A stretch of 64,000 bases of DNA, taken from positions 25,600,213-25,664,212 of the forward strand of contig CM120644.1 in the NCBI GenBank assembly GCA_051362555.1, in the 5' to 3' direction. Source of the stretch: Lingula anatina. Lineage: Eukaryota > Animalia > Brachiopoda. Positions 39,150-51,676 of the stretch are shown here, piece by piece. The notes beneath the pieces were generated by a model that was not told the origin of the DNA, made no database searches, and was given only the letters and a program-made list of their open reading frames with translations. Both the position numbers and the translations under genes were made by a program. How positions within the stretch are numbered: position 1 is the first letter of the stretch; each line of letters begins with the position of its first letter.

Positions 39150-39530
39150 ACACTAGAGAAGGTATACTAAAAGGAAAACAGTTTTGACCCAAAAGAAAAA
39201 GAAACGCCATCAGGGATGGACCAGACAACTCCATTGCCGTGAACTGGGGCGTCGATGTCTGGTTTTCTGATAATGAAAGACTTATTTTTCGTGCTTCATG
39301 TCGAGTTTGGAAGAGATTAGCTGAAGACCGTGAGATGGGATCTGCTGCACACGAGAGTGGTTCTGTCCACCTTTGGGCTGCCATTTCTTATGAAAATCGC
39401 ACCAGTTTGGTGTTCCTCAGAGAAACCTAGCCGCTGACGTGTATATGCAAGTTTAGGCTTCAGAAAGGGTGCCTTTTTTTCCAGCTGATCTTGGTCGTAC
39501 CTTCTCATAGAAAGATAGCGTTTCCTGCTT
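39150..39530 (+). pseudogene. Degenerate Tc1-like transposase fragment
   Basis: NWGVDVWFSDNE..IF, RVWKR and GSVHLWAAISYENRTSLVFL resemble the first-Asp and GGxVxVWG regions of Tc1 transposases. Confidence 0.6.
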
Positions 39531-40816
39531 TCCGACTACCCGTCATGAGCTGAAGCAGGGGTTCTTGTTGAGCAATGGGTTAATCTGAGCAAACAACCAG
39601 GAACTGGCTAAGTCAGTACTTACAAAGAAAGATGGTGTCATCCGACTCTGTGATTAAAATTCTTTAATGACTCTGTGATTAAATTATTTTTTCGTACAGC
39701 GTTGCCCTTGGGTGACTCTACTTTTCTTCTGTAATCCCTGCTTTCTTGAACGTAACTATGATATTGTAACAACATAATTGCATGAAAGATTAAAATATTT
39801 ATTACAGAATTAAAAGTCCATGTCTCACATGCCACGTCGCATCCCCACTTCCCGCTTCACACTCATGACCTCTGACCTACATCACGTGACTTATTACATC
39901 ATTACATCACAGTACTTCTTTTCTTTTCTATTTTTTTAATTTGAATATTATGACAGAACAACACATAACATATATACAGTAAATGTAATAAACAATAACA
40001 CAAAATGTATATAATACTTAACGTCGACTGGATTCATAAAATTGTCAACTTTAACTCTTAATGAAAACGTTTGAAAAAACTAGAGTTTTTCGTTATTTCT
40101 CTTCTCGTGGAATTATCTCTCGCAGTAATCATTGTCCCCTTTTTACGACATATTGTAAGTGGTTTGGATTCATATGGTGCTTGGGATATTTTTGCATTTG
40201 GTGTTCTTCAAGAGAACTGTATCACCCACTGTTAACGTAGATTTCTTAACATTTGTTTTACGATCGGCATAGTATTTCATCACTTTCTTGCTGTTTTGGT
40301 CATTAAGCCTGATTTTAGAATCAGTGTTTGGTGTTTGAGGCACATGTGGAAGTTTACAGCCGAAATCCCTTCCGAAAAGAGCAGTTGCGGGAGGAATACC
40401 AGTGGAAGTATGAGGCGTTGTTCTGTAATCAAGGAGAAAATCATTCATGGCTTGTTTCCAGTTGCACTTAGTTGCGATGGCGCCATTGATCGACTTTTTC
40501 AAAGGACCTATAAAACGCTCTGTTACGTATACTCCATTTGTCTGAGGCCACAGTGGTGTCATCTTTCGGTGTTTGAATCCGGTTATCTCGGCATAATCCG
40601 CAAAGTCATTTCCATTGAATGGATGCCCATTATCCGTTTTTAATACCGATGGTATGCCGAACTCCGCAAATACTTTATCCAACAGTGGGATAACTCTGTG
40701 CTGAAGTCGAGGTCAAAATTTCAACAATGACGTACCGTGTGTATTCATCAGTTATCACTAAAAGTTTGTGACCACTCGGTCCTTCTCCATAATCAGCATT
40801 AAGTTCTGTCCAAGGA

Positions 40817-42671
40817 CAGGCCTCATAAACGATAATTGCCGTTGCCGTGCACGAGCCTGAGATTCCCGAGCGCAAACGCCAATATTATACCCCCGTCACA
40901 CTTATTCGGAATCAGCAGGAATGAAGAAGAATGAGCCCGAACGAAGGATTTTTAAAATTCGAACCACATTCGGGGGAAAAATTTCAAATTGACCTTAATT
41001 ATTGTAAGAGTACCGTTGGAATACTCAGAATGCGCTTGAATTCGCCTGGAATGATGAGTGCTTTTTCGACTGTGTAGCTCTGAAAGGCAGTTCGAATGTA
41101 GTTGGAAAACTAGGAATATTTATAATGCTGTAAGAAGGCAGTAAGAATATTTAGAATATACTTTGAAGGGCGCTCCAGTGTAGTTCGATTGCTACCAAAA
41201 TTAATATTTCAGCTCATCCGAGGCACATTCGAAACATTTTGGCGGAGTATTAAATCCCCGTCACACTAGAGGCAGAATGATTAAGAATGGCGTCGGAAAT
41301 ACAACCCTTTGTGCATTCCAGGATATTCGAATAGCATTCTAAAAACATTCTAAAATTCTGAGTGCATTCTATATATTTTTACCAATTCTTGTGAACGGCT
41401 CGAATGTTTTTGTCATGCAAAAACTTTCGAAGTGCATTCCAAGAGGAAATTTATCGAATGGCATTTGAACAGTATTCTAACTGCACTGTGACTGCATTCT
41501 AAATATTCTCACGGCATTCCGACAGCATTCGAAACCTTATGGTCAGTTACCATTCCTGTGGCGTTATTTATACACTTTGTGCATCATATAACATTCTAAA
41601 CATGTTAGAAAGTAATTTTAATTAAGAATTTTAGGTATTTCAGCTGCATTATGTTTGAATTCTTTATATTTCAAACCATCATTGGCAGCCATTCCGGGAG
41701 CAGTTAACTGCATTTGAGTTCGCTTCATATATCATTCGAGGCATCTTCTTACATACTTCTGCCTGTATTCGGCCAGCAGTCAAATCACACTCGTACGGCA
41801 TTTGAATTTCATTCGGAATATTCTGACTGCAATTTGAAATTCCCTCCCGATTATGGCACGAATTTTTCAATTTATTCATTCTGGCTGGTTCTACCTTGAT
41901 TCCTGCTGGTTTCGAATAAGTGCGACGGGGGCCTTAAGTCGTACCAGTTCGAATATCCCTCGAATGTGATCAGAATGTTTTGAATGCTGTCGGAATGCCG
42001 TGAGTATATTAAGAATGCAGTCACAGTGCTGTTAGAATACTATTCAAATGCCATTCGATAATTTTCCACTTGGAATGCACTTCGAAAGTTTTTAACATTC
42101 AGGCCGACCACAAGAATGGGTAAAACTATTTGAAATGCACTCAGAATTTTTAGAATGCTCTTTGAATATCCAGGAATGCACAAAGAATTGTCTTTCCGAC
42201 GGCATTCTTGTTCATTCTGCCTCTAGTGTGACGGGGGTATTAACGAGCCGCACCTTAGATTCACAAGCACAACGTAAAGTCAACGAGCACAAACTTAGCG
42301 TTGCCAAGCACTATCAATTTGTCCAGCTTCCATCCGGGGCCCTGGCTGCTTACATACGGGTTCTTTTTATCGACTCAGGACTATTTTCAAGACGACGGAA
42401 GATACAGGAGACATAACGGTGGAACTTTCAGAGATTTCTGGGCGCAAACGAGTTATATTATCTCCCTTTTCTGTCTCTTTTCCCGCGCCTTAATAATGAC
42501 GCTACGCAAATGATAAATAGGACGCACATAAAAAAATGATTCATCGACTATTTTCATCGACTCAGAAATATCTGTTTCCATCTATTAATATTTTAACTTG
42601 AGCAAAATAAACGTAGAATATATAAAAATTCTCAAAACATTCCAAACTACTGCATAAGTTTATGAGGCCCG
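40817..42671. mobile_element. Non-autonomous DNA transposon inserted in the old Gypsy integrase
   Basis: TIR CAGGCCTCATAAAC ... GTTTATGAGGCCCG; 5-bp duplication AAGGA (40812-40816 and 42672-42676); removing it restores integrase LPIAP-WTEL. Confidence 0.8.
40888..42239. mobile_element. Nested PIF/Harbinger-like non-autonomous element rich in GAAT/ATTC motifs
   Basis: TTA|TACCCCCGTCACACT ... AGTGTGACGGGGGTA|TTA; extra internal TIR-like copies at about 41255 and 41920. Confidence 0.75.
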
Positions 42672-43667
42672 AAGGAGCGATTGGGAGTTCTGTCATGCGA
42701 AGCGGCTCTCGCGTGGTTATCTTCGTTGAAATTTGACAGTGTTTACACGATTTCACTGTGTCTTCGACAAGATTATGCATTCTAGGAAACCACACCTTCT
42801 CACGTAGTAAAGCAACAGTTTTCACAATCCCTTGATGCCCGCTATGTGCAATACTCACGGCATGGCTGTATAAACTTTTCGGCAAAACTATTTGTCGTCC
42901 TTTCAGAATTATTCTATCAGGGTTTGAGATAGAAAGCTCCGAACGACACTGATAAATGTTTAGGAAAATACTGAAATTCCCTTGTGGAGTCCAGTCATTT
43001 GTGACCATAGCATTTTTCACCGCTGCAAGTGTCATATCCTTTCGGTTTCCTCTTTCACCATTTCAAGAGTCATTACTTTTGGTTTCGAAGTACAGGCTAG
43101 ATAATGAAGATACTATTCTGCTATTGTTTCCTCTGTACTTGATGATAACTGATCAGTCTGATGCGTGGGGTGTCGGCTCAAGTAATCAGCAGGGTTGTCA
43201 TATGCCCTGGACGATACACAACCGTCATCTGGTAGGATTGTGTTTTCATGATCCAACGCTCGATACGCGCCGAAAGCTGGACCTAAATAGAGTTGTTAAA
43301 GAGGCTTACGAGGGGTTTGTGGTTAGTGTGCACAGTGTGCAAAATGAGCTCCAAATAAATAAATGTGAAAATGTCCACAGGCCCATGTAAATTTTCCCAA
43401 CACACGAACTGAATTGCTTTCACTGCCGTAGGCCTTGATTTAAGTAATAAAAATGTGTAACGTTAGTCTTGGATGCGATTTATTGTACTCAAATTCAGAA
43501 ATCAAATTAACAGTAGACCCTGAATCTGCTATAAAAATATTTTCCTACCGTTCATCCCTATTTTAAAACGTGGGAGTTGGTCCATGTTCTTGGTGACTGC
43601 ATGCACTGTGAAGACGTATCCATCTTCATCATAACCTATGCATTCGTTCTCATTTTCAGTCACATCG

Positions 43668-46600
43668 TGTGGAATCCTGCATAAATTCCACATCGTGTAG
43701 TCAAGTTAATCAACATGTTATTATCTAATTTGCGTCTGTATACATTTAAATATTTAAACTTGTCCATAATAAAGACACTTTTGATCTGAGACTGAAGATG
43801 TGAGGTTGTTCTGTTATGCTTCTCTGTGCACGTAAAGTGAAAGACTGAGTCGAATCTGGAGTCATGTCGGAGCCCATAGATTAGTTAATTCGTTAATGGA
43901 AATTGATACACTGGAATTCAGTACAGTTATAAATTAAAGTTAAAGTCATTTTAGACGGTTCACAACATATTTTTGGCGAGCTCGAGCCAGTAAATTTTCA
44001 CAAAAAACGTGCACGGAGGAAAATAACGAATAACAATGGCAAAGACGACGACCAGGAACTTAGACCAAAAGCTGGTGGAAAGTTTGGAAATGATCACAAA
44101 AAGCTTACAAGGAAAACAGGTAAGTGAAATTTGGAATCAAAGAATAGCAGATAGTGCTGAAGGTATTAGGATATGTGATGGGTTGGATTATGGTGAAACT
44201 AGGGAATATTTAGATCAAGTTGATGCAATTTTGCCTAGCATAAGGGACATAGACGGGAATGTAGCTAAATTAGTTACTAAGACGACCAAGGGAGCTCTCA
44301 GAAGAGAAGTTGAAAGATTTTTAAATAAGCAACCAGCTAGAATGAGTACTACATGGGGAACGGTTAGAGAATTTATTCAGCGTACGTTTTTATCAGTAAA
44401 CGAACCTGAGAGATTGAAGGTTGAATTAGAAATGTTAACACAATCGAATAATGAGTCGTTAACAACATTCAACAGATTATTTGCGGAGGCAAGTAGACGA
44501 GCATATGGTACAGACAGGGTACCAGATGTAGAGAAAATTATTGTTAGAGCATATACTAGAGGGTTAGCAGATGAAAAACTAGCTGAAGATATGATTGTTA
44601 GGGGTCGTCCACATACCCTTGAAGAAGCAATACAGTGGACTGAAAATGTATGTGCAGGGAAAGAGATTTTTGAAAATATCATGGGACAACAAAAGTCACA
44701 AAACAAAACAAGCACATCCACATATGCCATATTAAATGATCAAACTGAACACGCTACCAGGAAGGAAACACACCTAGAAATATCAGCCATAAACACGACG
44801 CTAAAAGAAAACAATGGTTTTGTATCACAGTTACAAAGCGCAGCCGAGGCAGTTTCCCAGGCAGAAGAAAACTTACATGCACGTCTGAACAAAATAGAAA
44901 ACACAGTTTTCCAAACAGAAAATCCACACGTAAACGCTGGCTGGCACACACAAAATACGCACAACAAGGGAAGGTATCGCATACAACAGCGTCCACAAAC
45001 ACATAAACGCAAAACTCCCATATGCTTTTACTGCAACAGACCATTTCATAAAAAATTAGAATGCGGACAGTTAAAAGCACAACAAAATACGAGAAAAATT
45101 GATGCAGCAAGAATTACCTCAAATAAGTCCAGCGGTAGACTGGGTTTAGCAGTCACCATTAGTGGTGTTAGATGTAAGGCTTTGGTAGATTCAGGGGCAT
45201 GTGTTACTTGTTTAGGATTAGATCAGTTCCTGAAAATTTGTAAAGCGACTGGAAGAAGTCGATTATTAGACAACTCAAAAGAGATATACACAGTGTCGGG
45301 AGAAACACTTGCGGTGAAAGGGAAAACAAATGTTAAAATTGATGGTGTTGGTGTTTGTGAGGTGATTGTGATTGACAAAATTGAACACGAAATGATCATC
45401 GGTATTGATTTGTTTAACCTAGGAAATGCACGAATAAATTTCGCTGAAAAAAAGATGACAATGTTTGAGAAAGAATGGCCGCTAACTAACTATAGCCGTG
45501 AAGGTCTTATCGCGGAAATTGTTAAACTCCCGCCGTTATCGGGACACAAAGAAATAGATGAAGTGATACGTGAATATCGTGACGTGTTCAGCACTAGTGA
45601 AAACCCATTAGGAAAATGCGACATTATGCCGATGATAATAGACACGGGAAACAATGCGCCGGTCCAACAGAGGGCATATCGCACACCGCTCGCGAAAAGA
45701 GAGATAATTGATAAAGAGATAGAATATCTTCTCAAAAGCGATATTATCAGACCGAGCCACAGTCAGTGGAGTAGCCCCGTAGTGCTATCTCCTAAAGCCG
45801 ACGGATCCATGCGATTTTGTGTAGATTACCGCAAGGTTAACGCAATTACCAAGATTGACAGATATCCTTTGCCGCTCATTGACGATATTTTTGATAACAT
45901 GGAAGGCGCGACGGTATTTTCAGTCATTGATTTGAAACCTGGTTTCAATCAAATTACTCTTGACGAAGCGGACATGAATAAAACAGCTTTCATTTGCCAT
46001 CGCGGTTTATTTGAATATAAAAGGGTGCCGTTTGGGCTTTCTAACGGTCCAAATCATTTTCAGGCCGTCGTGGATCGAGTTTTATCAGGCTTAATCGGCA
46101 AATGCTGTAACATCTACATAGATGATTGCACAGTTTACTCAAAGAATATGGAAGATCATGTGAAACATTTGCGTTTAGTTTTGGACAGGTTCAGAGAGGC
46201 CAATCTGAAAATAAAATCTGATAAATGTGAATTTGCAAAAAACGAGGTCAAACTTTTAGGATACATAGTGAACAAAGACGGAATCCGCAGTAATCCCGAG
46301 AAGCTCAAACCAATAAAGAATATGCCGGTTCCCAAAACTGTAAAACAAGTCAGATCATTTCTGGGGATGTGTAATTATTACTCAAGAACCGTCCCAGACT
46401 TCGCGAGAATAGCGTCACCGTTATATAAATTAACCAACAAAGACAACACTTTTGAATGGGGTAGTGAAGAGCAAAGGAGTTTTGATCGGCTCAAAGATCT
46501 CCTGATGTCGAATAAAGTGATGGCCCATCCCAAAATCAATCAACCGTACAAGCTATACACTGACGCGAGCAACAAAGCCATAGGCGCGGTTTTAGTGCAA

Positions 46601-49600
46601 ACTGATGACGCGGGAAAAGATCGTGTAGTTCACTATATAAGCCACAAACTGTCCAAGACACAAATGAATTACAGTACAATAGAAAAAGAGGCTTATGCAA
46701 TCATGTACAGCGTGAATAAATTGAGACCATATTTATGGGGCGCGGACGTGACAATTTACACCGACCATAAACCGCTAAAAGCAATGTTTTCATCTAAAAT
46801 TCAAAATTCAAGATTACAAAGGTGGGCTGCAGTTTTGGCAGAGTACAATGCAAAAATCGAATACGTGAAAGGCACGACAAACATATGCGCGGATATTTTG
46901 AGCAGGTTACCTGAGGAGAGAGAAGAATTAAAAGGGGAGATGGCTATCATGGATACTGAGGACGATTGGGTAGACCCAAGGATGATTCCTGATAGCATGC
47001 CCGTTTATAACATCCCTTTTGAAGCTGACGGTTTGAATATTGAAGAGGTACAGAAGGGTCAGGTTGAAGAGTTCTCGGATGAAATTGAAGAGGCGAAAAA
47101 CGAGGAGTCTGACTTTGAAATTTACCAGGGTCTGCTCTACTCAACGAGGCCTCCGACACACACTGAACCCGAATATCCTCGGTTGATGTTACCAAGACAA
47201 TTTAGAGAGAAGGTGATTGAAAACTGTCACAAAAACGTGGGGCACATGGGTATCCACAAAACACTTTGTCGGGTAAGAGAAGCGTATGTCTGGCCAGGAA
47301 TGCGAAAACATATAACACAAGCCTTAAAACGATGTCCGACTTGCTTAGTACATAAATCCCGCCCAGTGAGGACGACTTTAGGTGAATTGCCTCTCGCCTC
47401 ATACCCATTCCAGATCGTGGGAATGGATTTAATTGGCCCCTTTGTAGAATCACCGAGAGGAAACAAATATTGTTTGAATGTGATAGATTATTTAACGGGT
47501 TGGGCTGAATCTTATCCAATTCCAAATAAAACTGCTAAATCGGTAGAAAACGCCCTGGCAAATGACTTTTTCCCCCGCCACTCTATTCCACAGATTATTT
47601 TCTCTGATAGAGGTAGTGAATTCAGCGCATACGAATTCAGAGCGTATCTTTCGGGTCTTGGAATTGATCACAGAAGGACAACACCATATAACCCTGCCTG
47701 TTCTGGGAAAATAGAGAGATTCAATGCCACTTACAAAGGTTTGTTATCGCGTTTAGTGAACAATGATGTCAAATCATGGGAGGGACAAGTAGCAAATGCT
47801 TTATTCGCTTATCGAAGTAGCATTTCCACGGTGACAGGTTTTAGTCCATATTTTCTAGTGTACGGCAGAATGCCACGAGTCCCCCTATCTAAATTGCTCA
47901 CCTATGGAGATAATACAAACGCGCTAAACGGCCGGTTAGCGGAACTTTCAGATGCGTTAGCGATAGCTAGAGAGAACCTTCAGACAGCACGAATAGAAAC
48001 AAAACGACAGTATGACGCGAAGGCCAATGCCGAAAAGATTGAAGTTGGAGATAGTGTCATTGTTACGGCACCAGATAGAGTTACATTTGGATCAAGATAT
48101 GATCCGATATTCACAGTAACTAGGTATCGCGGAAATGTTTTTTGGCTAGTAAATCAGCAGACAGGTAAAACGCGCATGATAAACAGGCGTAGGTTGAAAT
48201 TAGTTGAACCAAACATAGCTTGGGAAGGGATTGCACCTAGAGCTCGGAGAGTTTTCCGAAGACCTAATCCTGCAGCAGTACCCGCGCAACGAGGTCCAGA
48301 ACCAGCGCAAACAGAAGCTGTTAGAGCTGACATCAATGCACCCACAGAAAATCTAAATCGCGAAGAAGCGAATGATGTGGTGAGTGCAGAAAATGATAAT
48401 AATAAAGAGGACACGGAAAGTGTTGACATGTCAGACTCGGAAGAATCAAACGAAATCACACAACCTAAAAGGCCAATTGTCATACCCTCACACTCGCATA
48501 ATACACGATTTAGAAAACGATGCATGCAACACGCTGAAACACAGGTTGTCCCAGATGAAAATCAATCAAGCCCCAAGCCAATTAAAGTTAGGAAAGTGGG
48601 TCAGAATGATACAAGAAGTGATGATATGGAGGTAGACTGCTTAACTACGGCGATAGGAAGGTCCTGTAAATGCAGTTTTTATGATAATGTTAAGAGATCA
48701 TAGAGATTTTTAAAGGATTCCATGTAAAGTTAGAAGAGAAGCTTAGGAATAAGAGGGAAGATATAGCGGTGGCACAGAGTATGATGGGAAAATATTCATT
48801 ATGGTAATTGGATTATTCAAGCCAGCCTGTGTCCTCACTACTAGTGGTGATGGGACGGGTTAGTATGAGGGATAGGGCCCATCCTTCATGCTTAGGTGAG
48901 AGTCGTCTAATTTCATCAACTGAAACCCAGAGTATCTGTGGGATTAATTAAGTGATAAGATTATTTTCAAGGTAATAAGGTTATTTTCAATGTAGGGTAT
49001 AAATTTTGATAGGATTGAGTAATACACAGGCTGTACCAGAAGTGTTATTAGTAAAGCGGGCGGACAGTTAGGTATCTTGATAAAGAAAGAAAATAAATCG
49101 AATGCGTTGATGATTTGATATATATATATGAACATATATTTTTCTTTGTATTTTCCAGACGGAAAAGTCGAGAAGTGAAGGGAACTTCAAAACAAGATGT
49201 GAAGAGTGTCCATGGGATTATATTTTAATGTTTAATAAATGTATGGGTGTACTATAAAAGACACATAAGACCTACAAATTTTGAGGAAATTTATTTTATT
49301 TGGCCTAGCAAGTGCAGGTCAGAACGATAATTGTAGGTCCGGCAGTGCTGGATATTGATTTTTGAATGTTGTATGTTCATTAAAGCCTTTAATTTTTTCC
49401 TTTAGGTGAGACGAGCCTCATTCCGGAGAACCTCAGTCCCGAGTAAATTTTTTTTTTAAAAATGATGAAATACGTGGGAAATCCTATTTTATAATGTTGT
49501 GTTATATTAATGATATCATTTGTTTTTCCTTTAGATGAGATGCCTGATTATCTATAGATGCTTGTTAGGGTTAGATTAACCACAATTTATATTTAATGGA

Positions 49601-50877
49601 TATTGTTTTTGTCGGGATCGGTTTCTTTGGTTTCGGATTTGGTGTCGATGTGTCCTTATTGCAATCTTTTGCATGGGTTTTGGTGGCAAGGGTCTCTTTC
49701 AGCGTCAAGGTCTGCGACACTGTAACACTGGATCAGGGTCCAGTTCTACGATACGTGACGGCCCGGGAAGGAAAAGACTGCCACACCCACACCATAAGAC
49801 CCCGAAACAGTCCGGATACCGAACTTTTTAAATCAGCGAAAAAGTGTATATTACAGAAGAAGAGTCGAGTAGTCCGGCGACTAATCCGGTTACTCTGCCA
49901 GGTCTTCCCGGCAGAGGTTGGGTGAACTGGACACCCTAACAGAATGAAAAACAAAATCTGTTGAAGATCTGCGTATCATTCCAGAGTATTGTATATGACG
50001 TGTTATAAGTGGAGCATTCATTAATATGTATATTAGGTTATAAGTGTAATTTGTTTAAAACCAAATGATTATTGGGATGTAACAATAATTGAATACAAAA
50101 TTTGATAAAATATAATTATATGAAGTATCCTATATAAAATTTATAAGGATGGAATGGGGTATAATTTGTACCATTTTAAACGGTGTTATTATCATAATAA
50201 TTATCATTATTTCATTGTTGTGGTCGTTGTGAGAGTATCTAGTTTCAATATGTTGTTTGATTTTAATCCTCATGAAAAGGTAAAATTTGTTTTGTAGGAT
50301 TCATGTTTACAGATCAAGTATTACAGATTAAATTTAAAGTTTGGCACAACTGTTTAAATGGGTTTAATTAAAAGGATTTTTATATTCTGGGAATACAGGT
50401 TGTTCATGTTGATATCATTTTAAAATAATGTACCATTATTTTTTATAAAGAGGGGAAGGCGTGTGGAATCCTGCTTAAATTCCACATTGTGTAGTCAAGT
50501 TAATCAACATGTTATTATCTAATTTGCGTCTGTATACATTTAAATATTATTTATATTGCACAACAATTAGTATGTAAATAAGTAGCAGCCACCTGTACAC
50601 GTATATAAATAAGAAGCAGCCACATGTACACATAGATTCCCTGTAGATAATCTGTATATAACTTGAAACTTGTCCATAATAAAGACACTTTTGATCTGAG
50701 ACTGAAGATGTGAGGTTGTTCTGTTATGCTTCTCTGTGCACGTAAAGTGAAAGACTGAGTCGAATCTGGAGTCATGTCGGAGCCCATAGATTAGTTAATT
50801 CGTTAATGGAAATTGATACACTTGAATTCAGTACAGTTATAAATTAAAGTTAAAGTCATTTTAGACGGTTCACAACA
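43668..50877 (+). mobile_element. Young full-length Ty3/Gypsy LTR retrotransposon
   Basis: LTRs 43668-43967 and 50462-50877 (TGT...ACA, near identical apart from one large indel); TSD ATCG (43664-43667 and 50878-50881); PBS TGGCGAGC at 43974; PPT AAAGAGGGGAAGGCG just before the 3' LTR. Confidence 0.97.
44036..48703 (+). CDS. Gag-Pol polyprotein (gag, CCHC, protease, RT, RNase H, integrase), single intact ORF of 1555 aa
   Basis: CFYCNRPFHKKLEC; ALVDSGA; RFCVDYRKVN, PFGLSN, YIDD; YTDAS, EKEA, TDHKPL; H-H-C-C; GMDLIGP, FSDRGSEF, GKIERFN. The order PR-RT-RH-IN is the Gypsy arrangement. Confidence 0.97.
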   Translation: MAKTTTRNLDQKLVESLEMITKSLQGKQVSEIWNQRIADSAEGIRICDGLDYGETREYLDQVDAILPSIRDIDGNVAKLVTKTTKGALRREVERFLNKQPARMSTTWGTVREFIQRTFLSVNEPERLKVELEMLTQSNNESLTTFNRLFAEASRRAYGTDRVPDVEKIIVRAYTRGLADEKLAEDMIVRGRPHTLEEAIQWTENVCAGKEIFENIMGQQKSQNKTSTSTYAILNDQTEHATRKETHLEISAINTTLKENNGFVSQLQSAAEAVSQAEENLHARLNKIENTVFQTENPHVNAGWHTQNTHNKGRYRIQQRPQTHKRKTPICFYCNRPFHKKLECGQLKAQQNTRKIDAARITSNKSSGRLGLAVTISGVRCKALVDSGACVTCLGLDQFLKICKATGRSRLLDNSKEIYTVSGETLAVKGKTNVKIDGVGVCEVIVIDKIEHEMIIGIDLFNLGNARINFAEKKMTMFEKEWPLTNYSREGLIAEIVKLPPLSGHKEIDEVIREYRDVFSTSENPLGKCDIMPMIIDTGNNAPVQQRAYRTPLAKREIIDKEIEYLLKSDIIRPSHSQWSSPVVLSPKADGSMRFCVDYRKVNAITKIDRYPLPLIDDIFDNMEGATVFSVIDLKPGFNQITLDEADMNKTAFICHRGLFEYKRVPFGLSNGPNHFQAVVDRVLSGLIGKCCNIYIDDCTVYSKNMEDHVKHLRLVLDRFREANLKIKSDKCEFAKNEVKLLGYIVNKDGIRSNPEKLKPIKNMPVPKTVKQVRSFLGMCNYYSRTVPDFARIASPLYKLTNKDNTFEWGSEEQRSFDRLKDLLMSNKVMAHPKINQPYKLYTDASNKAIGAVLVQTDDAGKDRVVHYISHKLSKTQMNYSTIEKEAYAIMYSVNKLRPYLWGADVTIYTDHKPLKAMFSSKIQNSRLQRWAAVLAEYNAKIEYVKGTTNICADILSRLPEEREELKGEMAIMDTEDDWVDPRMIPDSMPVYNIPFEADGLNIEEVQKGQVEEFSDEIEEAKNEESDFEIYQGLLYSTRPPTHTEPEYPRLMLPRQFREKVIENCHKNVGHMGIHKTLCRVREAYVWPGMRKHITQALKRCPTCLVHKSRPVRTTLGELPLASYPFQIVGMDLIGPFVESPRGNKYCLNVIDYLTGWAESYPIPNKTAKSVENALANDFFPRHSIPQIIFSDRGSEFSAYEFRAYLSGLGIDHRRTTPYNPACSGKIERFNATYKGLLSRLVNNDVKSWEGQVANALFAYRSSISTVTGFSPYFLVYGRMPRVPLSKLLTYGDNTNALNGRLAELSDALAIARENLQTARIETKRQYDAKANAEKIEVGDSVIVTAPDRVTFGSRYDPIFTVTRYRGNVFWLVNQQTGKTRMINRRRLKLVEPNIAWEGIAPRARRVFRRPNPAAVPAQRGPEPAQTEAVRADINAPTENLNREEANDVVSAENDNNKEDTESVDMSDSEESNEITQPKRPIVIPSHSHNTRFRKRCMQHAETQVVPDENQSSPKPIKVRKVGQNDTRSDDMEVDCLTTAIGRSCKCSFYDNVKRS

Positions 50878-51633
50878 ATCGGAATTTCCATGTAGACAAT
50901 TCACATTGTTTTGACGGCGATGAGGTACAGGTTTCGGTTTTCACGGCGTAGCGCTTGTTAGGTGTAGCTGATGATGTTAGTTGCTGACCCTATCTACACA
51001 TCGATGCGAAATGATGAAACCATTTACAAGAGAAACACTCCTTGATGAAGGCCGGTCACTTCGACCGTCCACCCTCATGTGGCCATTCTCCTCCACAATT
51101 ACGGCATTGTTGTTAAAAATAAACTGCATGACTACTTGTCGAATTCCTGACTTGCACCCTGTGAACCATCCATTCAGCGTGTATGTGAAGTGACAAGTTG
51201 CTCAGTGTGCGCATACTGCAAAATTGCGAAAATATCATGGACGGGTTACGTAAGCCTTTCTGTCGGACTTTCTGAGATTTACATCCCATAATCAGTTGTG
51301 ATTTCACCTCTGATTCCAAAGTCATAAAAACTACACAGTTTACCAATATCTTGAAGCTCTCTATAAAATTCATTTATATCCACTCCTCTTTGCGTGTACT
51401 GCACTCATTTAATTTCGTTATAGCCAATGTCTGTTTTTGAAAGGTACATGTTCTTACTTGGTTTGACTTCCTTGTGAGTCTGTTCCTTCCTCGTCGCCAG
51501 ATATAGTATTGCAACAACGTACATGTTTAAGATTTAAAATGTTTATTTACAGAATTAATAGGTCCATTCCTCGCATGTCACGTCGCATACATAGTCTCCG
51601 CCTCACGCCAATGACCTTTAACCTAGACCTAGG

Positions 51634-51671
51634 CTTGGACCTAAATAGAGAAGTCTCTATTTAGGTCCAAG
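51634..51671. other. Perfect 18-bp-arm hairpin at the subtelomere/telomere junction
   Basis: CTTGGACCTAAATAGAGA-AG-TCTCTATTTAGGTCCAAG. Confidence 0.92.
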
Positions 51672-51676
51672 ACCTA

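Larger units (their letters stand above)
39759..51625 (-). mobile_element. Old, decayed Ty3/Gypsy LTR retrotransposon (Mag/SURL-like) hosting nested insertions
   Basis: Diverged short LTRs at 39759-39911 and about 51504-51625; PBS TGGCGACGAGG on the minus strand (51489-51499); gag knuckles CRNCGGEWPH...CFSCKWFHHFASMC (about 51000-51105); protease IADSGSTVN (about 43505-43535); RNase H remnant NHKPLVSLF; integrase HSGHQG..CKHC (42672-43035) and FGIPSVLKTDNG (40170-40816). RT appears deleted. Confidence 0.85.

Noticed and set aside
43278-43292. 15-bp match (TGGACCTAAATAGAG) to the arm of the junction hairpin at 51636-51650
   Set aside because: It is short, lies in the decayed RNase H region of the old Gypsy, and cannot be distinguished from chance without more data.
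44377-48635. Antisense and alternative-frame ORFs within the Gypsy element
   Set aside because: Shadow ORFs of the gag-pol reading frame.
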